Assembly: GCF_009914755.1 (NCBI RefSeq)
Contig: NC_060926.1
Length of the DNA: 64,000 nt
From: the human T2T-CHM13v2.0 reference genome, Homo sapiens
Direction: 5' to 3' (one strand)
The position numbers and the translations under genes were made by a program. Positions 1 to 19,525 of the stretch are shown here, in pieces. Position 1 is the stretch's first letter. Each line of letters starts with the position of its first letter. The notes beneath the pieces were generated by a model. The model was not told the origin of the DNA and searched no databases. It worked only from the letters and a program-made list of their open reading frames with translations.

Positions 1-255
1 AATTTATATATAATTCTAGAAATTGAAAAACAATCTATAGTGAGAGAAGGAAAATAAATGTTTTCCTGTGAAATTGGTGGGAAATGTCATGAGGGATGGA
101 TCTCAAAGGGCAAAAGGAAACTTGGAGATAGAAGAATTTATTATTTTGACTATGGTAATAGTAACTTGGGGTTGTACAAATGTCACAACTTTATCAAATT
201 TTATAGTTAAATATGTACAGTTTATTATACATCAATTATATCTTCATAAGGCTGC
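1..255 (+). mobile_element. old L1 (L1MC/L1ME-type) 3' UTR end fragment
   Basis: 'ttgtacaaatgtcacaactttatcaaattttatagttaaatatgtacagtttattatacatcaattatatcttcataaggctg' resembles the conserved ancient L1M 3' terminus. Confidence 0.6.
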
Positions 256-650
256 AAAAGTACTTTTAATGAGCCAAACCCTCAGCAAAAGATAACTGAA
301 ATTTTGAGCACTGCAGATATAAGAAAGTACACTACACTTCTAGCCTCCAATGAGAAAATGTATTCCCTTTGTTTTTCTTTTATAATTCTTTTCTTGGGTG
401 AACCTAAGTACCATCATAATGTGTATACCATCTATATTTAAAATACAACATAATTATGCTAATACAAAAATTAATCATATCAAACATTAATCAGTGGCAA
501 TAACTAGAGTTGATGAGTATTTGAAGAAATGGCTACTCTCATCCAATGCTGATGGTAATAACCTAGTAGAAAAAATAATGACAACACTGATCACAATTCT
601 AGAATTCTACATTGTTGTTAACTGACTTTTGAGGTTAGACTTATGAAATT

Positions 651-955
<305 letters not shown>

Positions 956-1743
956 AACTAATGAAATAATTGTAGATGTTCATTGTAATTAAATACAAGA
1001 ATGTCCATATCATTTTGTACACACTAGTAAAATGCTGGGGGAAAATTCCATAACATAGATGGTCATTTATATGGCATTTTAAATAAATTACATACACAGT
1101 GAAATAATATACAGACAGAAAAAATAGTATTGTAGAAAAATATATAATTATTGTCCATTTCTGTGAATGTTTCCTAACACTAGTAAAAAGTATACATAAA
1201 AGTATATTTTTTCAGACTTGTTCATAATTATAAAATTTAGATACACCCTACATTTACAAGAATAGTAAAAGAAATATTGTTACAGTCAGACCATGGAATG
1301 CCAAGTCACAACTAAAAGAAAAGCAGTTTATCATCTACATTTGTACCGACTTGGAAAGATGCCCATGATGTAAAACAATACCCACACACAAACACATGAG
1401 CACATCATTCCCAAAATATTATGTATGATCCTATGATTCTATTTTACAAATGTGTGTGTATGTATCAAAGTAAGGGAAAGAGAAAGGAGACGGCTCCTAT
1501 ACTCACAGAAGTACATGTTGTAAACTGTTAATATTATCCCTGGGACTGGCTAGGTTTGGGCAAGTTTAGAGAGGTGTAAGAAATTTCACTTTTAACTTCA
1601 CTCATTTAGGTTAAGTTTGAAAACTTTTATAAAATACATGTTATTTATGATTTAAAACACAAGGAAATTAATTGGTAAAGAAGATAGCACTAGTCATGCT
1701 ATTTTTTATATAGAAAATCCACTAAACTAAATATAACATTATG

Positions 1744-1982
<239 letters not shown>

Positions 1983-1999
1983 TGAGTAGCAATAATTGT

Positions 2000-2330
2000 G
2001 TTTGATGACTGGTCAAGGTGGTTTTAATTTCAGAACCCAGTAGGAAAGTGAGCCCACATGTGGGATATGTTCCTCTCTTGGTAGACGAGTATGCAGAATT
2101 GCTGGTAGAAACAAGTAAGGCTCTTCAAGCTTCTGCTCAAAACCAGCATGAATCTTTTCTGCTCATATTTTATTAGTCAAAACAGGTCAGTCGCCAAGCC
2201 TGACAATGGAGCAAGAAAGTGCTCTCTGCCCATAGTTAGAAACTTTAAGTAACAGGGCAATTAATGAAAAAACAGAATCATCTTATTGGAAGGCATATAT
2301 TAAACACTTCAAACAATAAAACAACATACC
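2000..2330. mobile_element. degenerate MLT1-family MaLR LTR fragment
   Basis: 'cttttctgctcatattttattagtcaaaacaggtcagtcgccaagcctgacaatggagcaagaaagt' resembles MLT1J/K-type sequence. Confidence 0.4.
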
Positions 2331-2479
2331 ACAGTTTAAAAAATATTGTGAAAAGAACTAGCATAAAATGTTGGCATAGGCTATCTATCTCTGGATCATG
2401 AAATAGATCATATTTCAGTTTTTTATTTTGTTCACCTTTATTTGTTAAAATTTTCTACAATTAGCATGCATTTTTCTTG

Positions 2480-2740
2480 AGACAAGTCAGTTTCCCTGAC
2501 TACCTCAATGAAATTAACTTCCCACTAACACCTCATTCTCTATGCCCTTCACATGCTTTATTTCTCTTCATAGTACTTACATCATCTGACATGCTCATTT
2601 TTTTCAGTCATGTGTTTGTTTATTCTATACTTTTCCAGCTAGAATTTAAGCTGCATGAATGTGGAGAATTTCTCTGCTTTGTTCATTTCTCCACTCAGAG
2701 TAGTTTCTGGCATATAACAGACACTCAATAAATATTTCCA
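2480..2740 (+). mobile_element. L2 3' end
   Basis: 'ctagaatttaagctgcatgaatgtggagaatttctctgctttgttcat...ctggcatataacagacactcaataaatatt' is the typical L2 terminus. Confidence 0.75.
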
Positions 2741-4237
2741 AATCAAAGAAAAATAGTAATAAAGGCAATTTCAAAGTTGAAATAATCAGTTGGGAGGCAA
2801 ACTCTTTTGGATGTTGAATTGATTTAAGGAAATGAATGATTGTGAATTATTCTGGTTTTTTTTTCCCTTTTGAATCTTAAAGTACAGAAGAAGCTTCCTC
2901 AATACAAATCCTCTCTCTCTTTCTCTGTTTTTGTTTGTCTGTTATTCAGAGGATTACTCTTCTCTTACAGTCAGTTGCTGGCTGACACTTCCCTGCAAGC
3001 CTTTTGTCCCATCCCCCTCCTCTTTCCGTCCTGTCACTTGATTACTTTCCTTTGCTCTGATGTGAGTCAGGAAATAGCATCCAGTATAGGAGATCCTACC
3101 AAAAGGGAGGACAGTCAACAACACATCCATTGCTCATTCTTCTCCTCCTCTTCTCCTGGGAACCGTGAGGTAATCCCGGAAGGAATGCTGGGGAAAGAAT
3201 TTGAGAAAGAGTAAATACAAAACTTGCTATTAAAAAAAAATTGAACTTAAGCAAAAAGGAATTTGTTTTTATTGAACTATGTGAAAAGAAGGTAAGCTCA
3301 AAGTATAAGATTCCTAGTTGGGAACAGCTAAAATACCCATGGGCTCTGCATCAGGGCTGTGTCCCAACTTAATAGAAGTTATCCCGAGATAACCAGTGGT
3401 TCTGGGCTGCACTAAAAGCAAGTGCACATGGAAAACCCAGGGTCCCCACACCTAGTAAACATATAAAATCTGTCCATAGGATATGAATTCACACAAAATT
3501 AGACTCTCAGGATATCAGAGAATTGTAAAGATGACTCTACACATTAATCATGAAAATGTAGGGGAACTCTATGTCTCTAGATAAACTGGGTCTCTTATTT
3601 ATAAATCTCCCACGAGGCTATTGAAAACATGAAACTACTAAACAAAGCATGACGGTGAAATAGAAGAGTTCATTTAAGCCTTTTATAACTATTACTTTTT
3701 TCTTTCGGTACAGAATATCTTTTGTTAAACTATATCATATTCACATTCATAACTTCAAAACAGTATGCTGCTATAAAATAAGCCACATAGAATAGTACTC
3801 ATAATTATTAAGTGTAAGAAATGACTCAAATGTCATAGTTCCAATACCTGTAATAATTTGGGAAAGAATAAACAACTAATAAATGTATAATTATTGAAGT
3901 AAAAATGTGGTCACTTGCATATCTATTTAATAATTTTCATAACTTTTCTTAATTCTGATTATAAATTATCAAGTGAGGCAAGCAACAATCTAGAAATCTT
4001 AAGTATTTATGTCAGAGTTGAAAAAGATAGAAGGAACACCACCACAAAGGAAAAGAAAACCTTAGAAGATCAATTTTTTGTTATGGTATACAGATTAAGA
4101 TTCTAGATAGGTGACCAGACTGTATCTCCACTTACACTAGTACATTTCTGGTCAATCCTTTGGAAAAATATTAAGTAATTAAAGGACAGATTGTGGTGGT
4201 GGTAGCTAATAAATATGTATTAAATAAGTGCATTTAT

Positions 4238-4523
<286 letters not shown>

Positions 4524-5109
4524 AGTGCATTTATAATTGATATATGTATTTACCTATTTAAATAATCTAACTTTCCAGATGTCTTTACATAACAATATAT
4601 ACAATAGAATTGGTATTTATATGGCAAAGAGTTACACAATTTTGATATATAGAATCTTCTTGCTATATTTCTTTATAATTTTACTATATATAACCTTAGC
4701 CATGTGTTGGGCAGCATGAATGTGTAGCATTTGCATTATATTTACCACAATATGTACTTGATCTATCATTTTGTTTTTCTAATATATTAACAATTGAGAT
4801 AAATCTATAAAATTAAATTTTTCTTGGTCTGAAGACACGTAATCAATTCACAGGAACGTCTTAAGAGTATGTATTTTGATTCACTGCAACAACCATTTTA
4901 GAGCTTTCAATACCAATAAACTACCAACTAATGCACTGTGGTATTATTAGAACTTGAATGCTGCAAGAGAAATTTAAGACTAAGCTGTTTTTCTAGAAAA
5001 ATCAGTTGAGAAAAAAAAGCAAATTGGAGGATTTCTTGTTTGTTTTTTTGCTTGCTGAAATGTTGCTTAACAGAACATTATATGAAAACAATTACCATGT
5101 CTTTCTTTC

Positions 5110-5645
<536 letters not shown>

Positions 5646-5799
5646 TAGGTAAGAATAGTAAGGAAAACAATTATCACAACACGGAAGATCTATTGCATGA
5701 AATGGACTCAAAGACTCGAAAGGGTACTGAGATGTCTGCAAATTATCCAGAAAAGAGATTCATAGAAATCCTTAAGGCAATTTAACATGTCTAAGAAAA

Positions 5800-6250
5800 C
5801 TCTTTTAAACAGCTTTACTGTTATATATTTTTTTCAGTACTTTAAAACTGTCATTTCACTGTCTCTTGTGCTCTATCGATTATAAGTCAGAGGTCATTTA
5901 AACAAACTGTTATTCTATAATGTGTTGTATACTGTATTGTTTTTCAGCTGCTTTCAAGATTTTCTCCTTATTTTTCTTTTACTCTGGTAAGTTAAACTCT
6001 AGTGTACTTAGGTATAGTTTTATTACTATTTACCTCTTTTAGGCTGATTTAACTTCTTCCATCTGTACATTTCCACCTTTTACCAAATTTAGGGAAACTT
6101 TGGCCACTATTTCTTGGAAAATATTTTCTACCCAATTTTCTTCCTCCTTCTTCTAAGATTCAAAATGCATGTATGCCAGACCTTTTGATATTTCCCCATG
6201 AGACACCAAAGACCTGTTCATATTTTCTTCAATTTTTTTCTCCCTGTTTT
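5800..6250 (-). mobile_element. ancient L1 (L1ME-like) ORF1-region fragment
   Basis: T-rich antisense L1 motifs 'ccaaatttagggaaactttggccactatttctt'. Confidence 0.5.
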
Positions 6251-6269
6251 TAAATTAAATTTTTCAAAA

Positions 6270-9200
6270 TTTGTTTTTATTGATATATAATGCTTTCAGA
6301 GTACATGTGGTAATTTAATACATTCATAATTTGTAAAGCTCAAATCAGTGTAATTAGCATGTTTATCACCTTAAATATTTGTTTTTTCTTTACGGTAGAA
6401 ACACTCAAATTATTCTTTTCTAGCTATTTTGAAATACACAATCAATTATTGTAAACTATAGCCACCCTACTGATCTATCATACTGTATGTTCTATTTCTT
6501 CTTTCAAACTGTATATTTTATCCATTAGTCAACCTCTCTTCATCCCCTACTTCCTGGCTTCTGGTAACCACCAATCTACTTTCTATTCTCATTAGATCCA
6601 CTTTTTAAGCTCCCACATATGAGTGAGAAAGTGCAATATTTGTCTTTCTGTGCTTGGCTTATTTCACTTAACATAATGCCCTCCAGTTCCATCCATGTTG
6701 CTGCAAATGACAGGATTTTATTCTTTTTTTAACTTCTTAATTATACTTAATTATGAATATATACCACTCTTTAAACCATTCATCTATTGATAGGCACTTA
6801 GATTGATTCCATATCTTGACTATGGGGAATAGTGCTGTAACAAACATGGGAGTGCAGCTATCTCTTTGACATAGCAATTGTATTTCCTTTGGCTAAATCC
6901 CAGTAGTGGGATTGCTGGATCATATGATAGCTCTATTTTTAGTTTTTTGAGGAACCTCCAAACTATTCTCCATGGTGATTGTACCAATTTACATTCCCAT
7001 CAATAGTGTACTGGGCTCCTCTTCCTCCACATCCTCACCAAAATATTTTACTCCCTGTCTTTTTGATAACAATGATTCTAACTGGAGTGAGATGATATCT
7101 CAAAGTGACTTTGATTTGCATTTTCCTGATGATAAGTGATATCGAGCATTTTGTCATATACCCACTGGCCACTTGTATGTCTTCTTTTGAGGAATGTCTA
7201 TTGAAGTCTTTTGCCCATTTTTAAATCAAATTGTTTGTTTTCTGGCTATTGAGTTGTTTGAGTTCATCATATTTTCTGATTATGAATCCCTTGTCAGATG
7301 AACACTTGGCAAATATTTTCTCCCATTCTATGGGATGTCTATTCAATTGGTTGATTGTTTCCTTTAATTTGCAGAAGCTTCCTAATTTGATGTAATTGAT
7401 GTAATACCAATCGTCTATTTTTGCTTTGGTTGCCTCTGCTTTTGAGGTCTTACAAAAATCTTTGCCTACATCAATGTCCCGTAGCATTTCCTCAATATTT
7501 TCTTCTAGTAGTTTCATAGTCTTAGGTCTTAGATCCAAGTCTTTAATCCATTTTGATTTGACTTTTGTATATGGGTGAGGCAGAGGGGTTTCATTCTTTT
7601 GCATATGGTTATCCAGTTTTCCCAGCATCATCTATTGAAAAGACTCTTTTCCCCACTAAATATTCTTGTTGTCTTTGTCAGAAATGAGTTTCCTGTAAAT
7701 GCATGGATTTATATCTGGGTCTTCTATTTTGTTCCACTGATTCCTCTGTCTGTTTTTAATGTTGTTACTACACTGATTTGGCTACTTTTGCTTTGTAGCA
7801 TATTTTGAAGAACTAGCATGTCCCTCTAGTTTAGTTGGGTGGTTTTGTTTTGCTCAGGATTTCTATGGCAAGTTAGGTCTTTCGTGGTTCCACATAAATT
7901 TTAGAATCTTTTTTTCCATTTCTGTGAAAAGCATCATTGGCATTTTGATAGAGACTGGATTTAATCTATAAGTTGCTTTGAGTAGCATTGTCATTTAATA
8001 ATATTAATATTTTCAATTCAAGAGTATGGAATACCTTTCAATAATTTTTTTTGTTTTCTTCAATTTCTTTCACCTGTGTTTTATAGTTTTGCTTGTATAG
8101 ATCTTTCACTCCTTCAGGTAAATTAATTCCTAGCTATTTTATATTATTTGTAACAGTTGTAAATTAATTTGCTCTCTTTCTTTTTAGATTGTTCACTGTT
8201 GGCATATACAAATGCTATTGATTCTTGTATGTTGATTTTTTTATCCTGAAACTTTACTGAGTTTGTTAATGAGTTTTAACAGGTTTTTTTTGGTGGCATC
8301 TTTAGGTTTTGCTAAATATAAATGTTATCTATGAACAAAGCTAGTAGTTTGACTTCTTTCTTTCCAATTTAGATACCCTTTATTTCTCTTGATTAATTGT
8401 TCTGGCTAGGATTTCCAGTATTATGCAAAATAAAAGTTGTGAAAATGGGCATCCTTTTCTTATTCTAGATCTTAGGGGACAAGCTTTCCATTTTACCCTG
8501 TTCAATAGATATTATCTGTAGGTTTGTTGTATATGGTTATCATTATTTTGAGGTGTGTTCCTTCTATACTCAGTTTGTTGAGGGTTTTTATCATAAAGAA
8601 ATGTTGAGTTTTATCAAATGATTTTTCATCATCTACAGAAATGACCATATACTTTCTATTCTTGGTTTTGTTAATGTGATGTATCATGTTTATTGATTTG
8701 CATATTTTGAAACATCCTTGCATCCCTGGGATGAATCCACTTCATCATAATGAATTATCTTTTTAATGGATTGTTGAATTTGGTCTCATGGTATTTTTTT
8801 AAAATTTTTGCATCTATGTTTACCAAAGATATTCACCTATAGTTCTTTTCTTATTGTCTTCTTGTCTGATTTTTGTATGAGGGTAATGCTGGCCTTGTAA
8901 ATATGTTTGGAAGTACTCTATCCTGTTCAATTTTTAAAAATAGTTTGAGTAGAATTGGTATTAGTTCTCCTGTAAATGTTTGGTAAAACTTGGTAGTAAA
9001 GGCATCAGATCCGAGGCTTTTCTTTGATGGAAGAGTTTTTATTACAGCATCAATCTCATTAATCATTATTGGTTGGATGAAATATTATATTTTTTCATGG
9101 TTTAATCCTGGTAGGTAATATGTGTCCAGGAACATTCATTTCTTCTAGTTTTTTCAACTTATTGGTATATAGTTGTTCATAATAGTCTGTAATGATTTGT

Positions 9201-9490
9201 ATTTTTGTGATATCAGTTGCTATGTCTCCTTTTTCATCTCTGATTTATTTGGGTTTTCTTTTTTTCTCAGCCTAATTAAAGATTCATTGATTTTGTTTAT
9301 CTTTTAAAAAACTAACTTTTTTTTCACTGATCTTCCATACTGTTTTAGTCTAAGTTTCATTTATTTCTGCTCTCATCTTTATCATTTATTTCCTTCTACT
9401 AATTTGGGATTTGGTTTATTCTGGGTTTTCTAATTCCTTGGAGTGTATCATTGGGTTATTTAAAATCTTTCTACTTTGTTTTCAATAGGT
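6270..9490 (-). mobile_element. L1MA (L1MA3-like), 3' UTR plus 3' part of ORF2, truncated
   Basis: L1MA 3' UTR at 6270-6700; ORF2 peptides on minus strand (7221-7631 '[17 protein letters not shown]', 8502-8723, 8851-9066). Confidence 0.9.
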
Positions 9491-9493
9491 GCT

Positions 9494-10118
9494 TGATATG
9501 GTTAGGCTGTGTCCTCACCCAAATCTAATCTTGAATTGCAGCTCCTATAATTCCCACGTGTTGTGGGAGGGACTGCGGGGGAGATAAGTGAACCATTGGG
9601 GTAGGTTTTTCTTTCTTGTGCTATTCTCATAACAGTGAATTAGTCTCACAGAGCTGATTTTTTTTTTTTTTTGAGTCTCGCTCTGTCACCTAGGCTGTAG
9701 TGTAATGGTATGATCTCGGCTCACTGCAACCTTTGCCTCTTGGGTTCAAGTGATTCTCTTGCCTCAGCCTCCCAAGTGGCTGCAATTACAGGCACCTGCC
9801 ATCATGCCTGGCTAATTTTTGTAGCTACAGGGTTTTACCATGCTGGCCAGGCTAGTCTTGAACTCCTGATCTCAGGTGATCTGCCCATCTTGGACTCCCT
9901 AAATGCTGGGATTACAGGCATGACCCACCACACCTGGCTAATCTGATGGTTTTATAAAGGGAAGTACCCCTGCATAGGGTCTCTCTTGCCTGCTGCCATG
10001 TAAGATGATGTGATTTGCTGCTCATTCGCCTTCCACCATGATTGTGAGGCCTCCCCAGCCATGTGGAACTGTGAGTCCATTAAATCTCTTTTTCTTTATA
10101 AATTACCTGGTCTTGAGT
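9494..10118 (+). mobile_element. THE1 (THE1C-like) MaLR LTR, 3'-truncated, with Alu insertion
   Basis: starts tgatatggttaggctgtgtcctcacccaaat; continues 'ccatgattgtgaggcctccccagccatgtggaactgtgagtc'; terminal ...aataca missing. Confidence 0.9.
9658..9939 (-). mobile_element. Alu inside the THE1 LTR
   Basis: reverse Alu dimer with poly-T; THE1 sequence resumes at 'atctgatggttttataaaggg'. Confidence 0.93.
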
Positions 10119-10321
10119 TTTATTTTCTTCATAATTTTTCATTTTCTTTATAAATTACCTGGCCATCAACAAGCATAAATATATTCAAAAGTATTGAAAT
10201 CATGCAAAGTATTTTTCCAGTTACTTTGGAATTAAATCTGAAATTAATAGAAAAAGGACATTTTAGGAAAATCACAAATAAGTGGAAATTAACAAAATAC
10301 TCGTAAATAACTGATGAGTTG

Positions 10322-10620
<299 letters not shown>

Positions 10621-11725
10621 GGTTTAATAACTGATGAGTCAAAGAGAATACTAAAAGGAAGTTTAGAAACTAACTGGAGATGGGAGGGGTTCCAAGATGG
10701 CCAAATAGGAACAGCTCCAGTCTGCAGCTCCCAGCAGGATCGACGCAGAAGACGGGTGATTTCTGCATTTCCAACTTAGGTACCTGGTTCATTTCACTGG
10801 GACTGGTTAGACAGTGGGTGCAGGCCATGGAGGGCAAGCTGAAACAGGGCGGGGCATCGCCTCACCCAAGAAGCACTAGGGGTCAGAGGATTTCCCTTTC
10901 CTAGCCAAGGGAAGCCATGACAGACTGTACCTGGGAAAAATGGGATACTCCCCCCTCCAAATACTGCGCTTTTCCAAAGGTCTTAGCAAATGGCAGACCA
11001 GGAGTTACTATCCCATGCCTGGCTCAGTGGGTCCCACACCCACAGAGCCTTACTCACTGCTAGCACAGCAGTCTGAGATCTAACTGCGAGGCAACAGCCT
11101 GGTGGGGGGAGGGGCATCTGCCATTGCTGAGGCTTGAGTAGGTAAACAAAGCTGCCTGGAAGCTAGAACTGGGCAGAGCCCACCGCAGCTCAGCTAGGCC
11201 TGCTGCCTCTGTAGACTCCACCTGTGGGGGCAGGGCATAGCTGAACAAAAGGCAGCAGAATCTTCTGCAGACTTAAACGTCCCTGTCCAACAGCTCTGAA
11301 GAGAGCAGTCATTCTCCCAGCACAGTACGTGAGCTCTGAGAATGGACAGACTGCCTCCTCAAGTGGGTCCCTGATCCCTGTGTAGCCTAACTGGGAGACA
11401 CCTCCCAGTAGGGGATGACTTACACCTCATACACGCGAGTGCCCCTCTGGGACAAAGCTTCCACAGGAAGAATCAGGGAGTAATATTTGCTGTTCTGCAA
11501 TATTTGCTGTTCTGCAGCTTCCGCTGATGATGCCCAGGCAAACAGGGTCTGGAGTGGAACCCCAGCAAACTCCAACAGACTGGCAGCTGAGGGACCTGAC
11601 TGTTAGAAGGAAAACTAACAAACAGAAAAGAATAGCATCAACATCAACAAAAGGGACATCCACACCAAAACCCCATCTGTAGGTCACTAACATCAAAAAG
11701 ACCAAAGGTAGCTAAAACAATAAAG

Positions 11726-12750
11726 ATGGGGAGAAACTACAGTAGAAAAGCTGAAAATTCTAAAAACCAGAGCGCCTCTTCTCCTCCAAAGGATCGCAGC
11801 TCCTTGCCAGCAATGGAACAAAACTGGACAGAGAATGACATTGACAAGTTGACAGAAGTAGGCTTCAGAAAGTCAGTAATAACAAACTTCTCCAAGCTAA
11901 AGGAGGATGTTTCGAACCCATTGCAAGGAAGATAAAAACCTTGAAAAAAGATTAGATGAATGGCTAACTAGAAAAAACAGTGTAGAGAAGACCTTAAATG
12001 ACCTGATGGAGCTGAAAACCATGGCACAAGAATTTGTGATCCATGCACAAGCTTCTATAGCCAATGTGATCAAGTGGAAGAAAGGGTATCAGTGATTGAA
12101 AATCAAATTAATGAAATAAAGTGAGAAGAAAAGTTTAGAGAAAAAAGAGTAAAAAGAAAGGAACAAAGCCTCCAAGAAATATGGGACTATGTGAAAACAC
12201 CAAATCTACATTTGACTGGTGTACCTGAAAGTGACAGGGAGAATGGAACCAAGTTAGAAAACACTCTGCAGAATACTATCCAGGAGAACTTCCCCAACCT
12301 AGCAAGGCAGGCCAACATTCAAATTCAGGAAATACAGAGAACACCACAAAGATTCTCCTCGAGAAGAGCAACCCCAAGACACATAATTGTCAGATTCACC
12401 AAGGTGGAAATGAAGGAAAAAATGCTAAGGGCAGCCAGAGAGAAAGTTTGGGTTACCCAGAAAGGGAAGCCCATCAGATTAACGGTGGATATCTCAGCAA
12501 AAACTCTCCAAGCCAGAAGAGACTGGGGGCCAATATTCAACATTCTTAAAGAAAAGAATTTTCAACCCAGAATTTCATATCCAGCCAAACTAAGCTTCAT
12601 AAGTAAAGGAGAAATAAAATCCTTTACAGACAAGAAAATGCTGAGAGATTTTGTCACCCCAGGCCTGCCTTACAAGAGCTCCAGAAGGAAGCACTAGACA
12701 TGGAAAGGAACAATCAGTACCAGTGATGGCAAAAACACGCCAAATTGTAA
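11726..12750 (+). pseudogene. L1 ORF1p, frameshifted and with premature stops
   Basis: pieces 11726-11935 (MGRNYSRKAENSKNQ), 11907-12095, 12191-12697 (RRM/CTD 'QENFPNLARQANIQIQEIQRTP'). Confidence 0.92.
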
Positions 12751-12813
12751 AGACCATCAATGCTATGAAGAAACTGCATCAATTAATGGGCAAAATAACT
12801 AGCCAAAATCATA

Positions 12814-16585
<3,772 letters not shown>

Positions 16586-19083
16586 GAAAACCAAACACTG
16601 CATGTTCTCACTCATAGGTGGGAATTTAACAATGAGAACACTTGGACACAGGGCAGGGAACATCACCGAGGCCTGTTGTGGGGTGGGGGCCTGGGGGAGG
16701 GATAGCATTAGGAGAAATACCTAATGTAAACGACGAGTTGATGGGTGCCCAAACCACCATGGCACATGTATACCTATGTAACAAACCTGCACATTCTGCA
16801 TATGTACCCTAGAACTTAAAGTATGATTTTAAAAAAAGAGAAAAAAAGGAACTGGAGATCGATAAAATAAAACCACATACAAAATTATAGGATGTAGCTA
16901 AGGCAGAGCAATTTATATCTATAAACACATATATTAAAAAGAAAAAATCTTAAATCACTGCCTTAAATTTGTTCTTTAAAGAACTAGAAGAGCAAACCCA
17001 ACCAAAAATCAAAAAGAGGAACAAAATTATAAAGTTTAGAGTTAAAATAAGTGACATAGAAATATTTAAGTAAATCAGAAGTTAGATTTTTTGAACAGAT
17101 CAAAAAAATTGACAACCTGTTTATAGGCTAACCAAGAAAAAAGAGAGAAGCTTCAAGTTGCTAAAATAAAGAACAATATAGGGGTTATTAGCACTGTAGA
17201 GATTACTACCATAGACCTCACAGAAATGAAAAAGATTTTAAAAGAATGCTATTAACAACTACATGTCAAAAAATAGATAGCGTATATAAAATTGACACAT
17301 TCCTAAACAGGCACAAACTACTGAAATTAAACCACGTGGAAATAGAAAAAATGAATACATCTGGAACAAGTAAAAAGTCTAAATTTATCATTTTATAACT
17401 TTCTACAGAGAAAAGCTTAGGCCTGTGTGGTTTCACAGGCCAATTCTGCCAAACATTTAATGTAGAATTAACATCAATCCTTTACTAATTCTGCCAAAAA
17501 AAGAGTGAGCCCTTCCTTCATTCTGTGAAGCTAGTGTTATAACATTATACCAAAACCAGATAAAGACATCACAAAAAAGAAAACTGCACAGCAATATCTC
17601 TAAGAATATAGATACAATAATCTACAACGTAATAGGAAACCAAATCCAGCAACATATAAACATGTTTGTCCACCACATGCAAGTGGGATTTACCTCATGG
17701 ACAATTGATTTAACATACAAAAATCAATTAGTGTAATACAGCATATAGAGTAAAAACAACAAGATTACCTCAATGCATACACAAAAAGCATTTGACAAAA
17801 TAAAGTTCCCCTTCATGATAAAAATAGTCAGGCAAGTAGGAATATACAAGAAAGCTTATTCAATCTGATAAAAGATATCTATCAAAAAACAAAGCAAAAA
17901 AAAAAACTCTCATGTAACATAAAAAAGTAAAAAGCATCAAAATCGGAAAGTAAGAAATAAATGTATCTCTATTCACAGATGACAAAATTCTATATATAGA
18001 AAATCCCAAAGAATCCACAAGAAAATTACTAAAGCTAACAAATAATTCAGCAAAGTTCCAGGGTACATGATAAACACACAAACATTGATTATGTCTTTAT
18101 ACCCCTACAATGAACAATCTAAAATGTAATTAAGACATAATTCAATTTATAGAAGCATCTAAAAGAATAAAACACCTTGAAATAAATAACCAAGAAAGTT
18201 AGACTTTCAAAGTGAAAACTATAAAACATTGTTGAAGACATAAAAGATGTTCTACATAAATGTGTTACTTCACCAATATCGTGCAGCCTTGATCACTGTA
18301 GCCTATACAATATCTTTAAATTTGTTACAGTAATTTGTCCCCCTTTATTTTTCTTTTTAAAATTGTTTTGAGTTCTCATGTATTTCTATGTAAAACTAAG
18401 AACTAAATTCTATATAAATTTTAGAATAATCTCAGTGTTTCCAAAAATTGTGCTACAATGTTGACAAAAATTGCCTTAAGTCTGTATATCACTTTGGAAA
18501 TAATTGTTGTATTTACAATGTTGAATTTTTCAACTCATTAACTATATGTTCCATTCATTTAACTTTAGATTTTTTCATCACTTTTTTGTAGTTTTCAGCC
18601 TAAAAGTTCTCTAATGTTTAGCTAGATTTATACCAAACTATTTCTCTTTTCTTGAGCAGATCTAAAGACTATTGTATGTTTAATTTTGATATATATATGT
18701 GGTCATTGTAAAGACAGTTTAAATAAATATTTATCTTGTATTCTGTGATGTCCCTGAATTCACTTTTTAATTTTAGGATTTGTGGGGGGGTACATTCCTT
18801 CGGAGTTTCTACATAGACAATTATGTCATCTGCAAATAAGAACATTTTTATTTTGTTCTAGTCTATATGCCCCCTTCTCCACTACAAAAAAAAAAAAAAT
18901 TCTTGTTACATTCGGTAGTTTCTAGTGCCATATCAAATAAGAGTGTTGAGAACAGATATCCTTGCCCTGTTCTTGATATTAGACAGAAAACATTCTGTAG
19001 TCTCCCCCATTAAGTATAATGTTAGCTGTAGGCTTTTTGTAGATGTTAAAAAAAGAAAGAACAACAACAACAATAATAAAAAA

Positions 19084-19525
<442 letters not shown>

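Noticed and set aside
2870-3214. 114 aa ORF and an adjacent AP-1/ETS-like motif tgagtcaggaa (~3064)
   Set aside because: Non-ATG start, low-complexity translation, no recognisable domain; a single motif is expected by chance.
11482-11517. aatatttgctgttctgc x2 in the L1 5' UTR
   Set aside because: As I recall, this is a common feature of L1PA6-age 5' UTRs rather than locus-specific.
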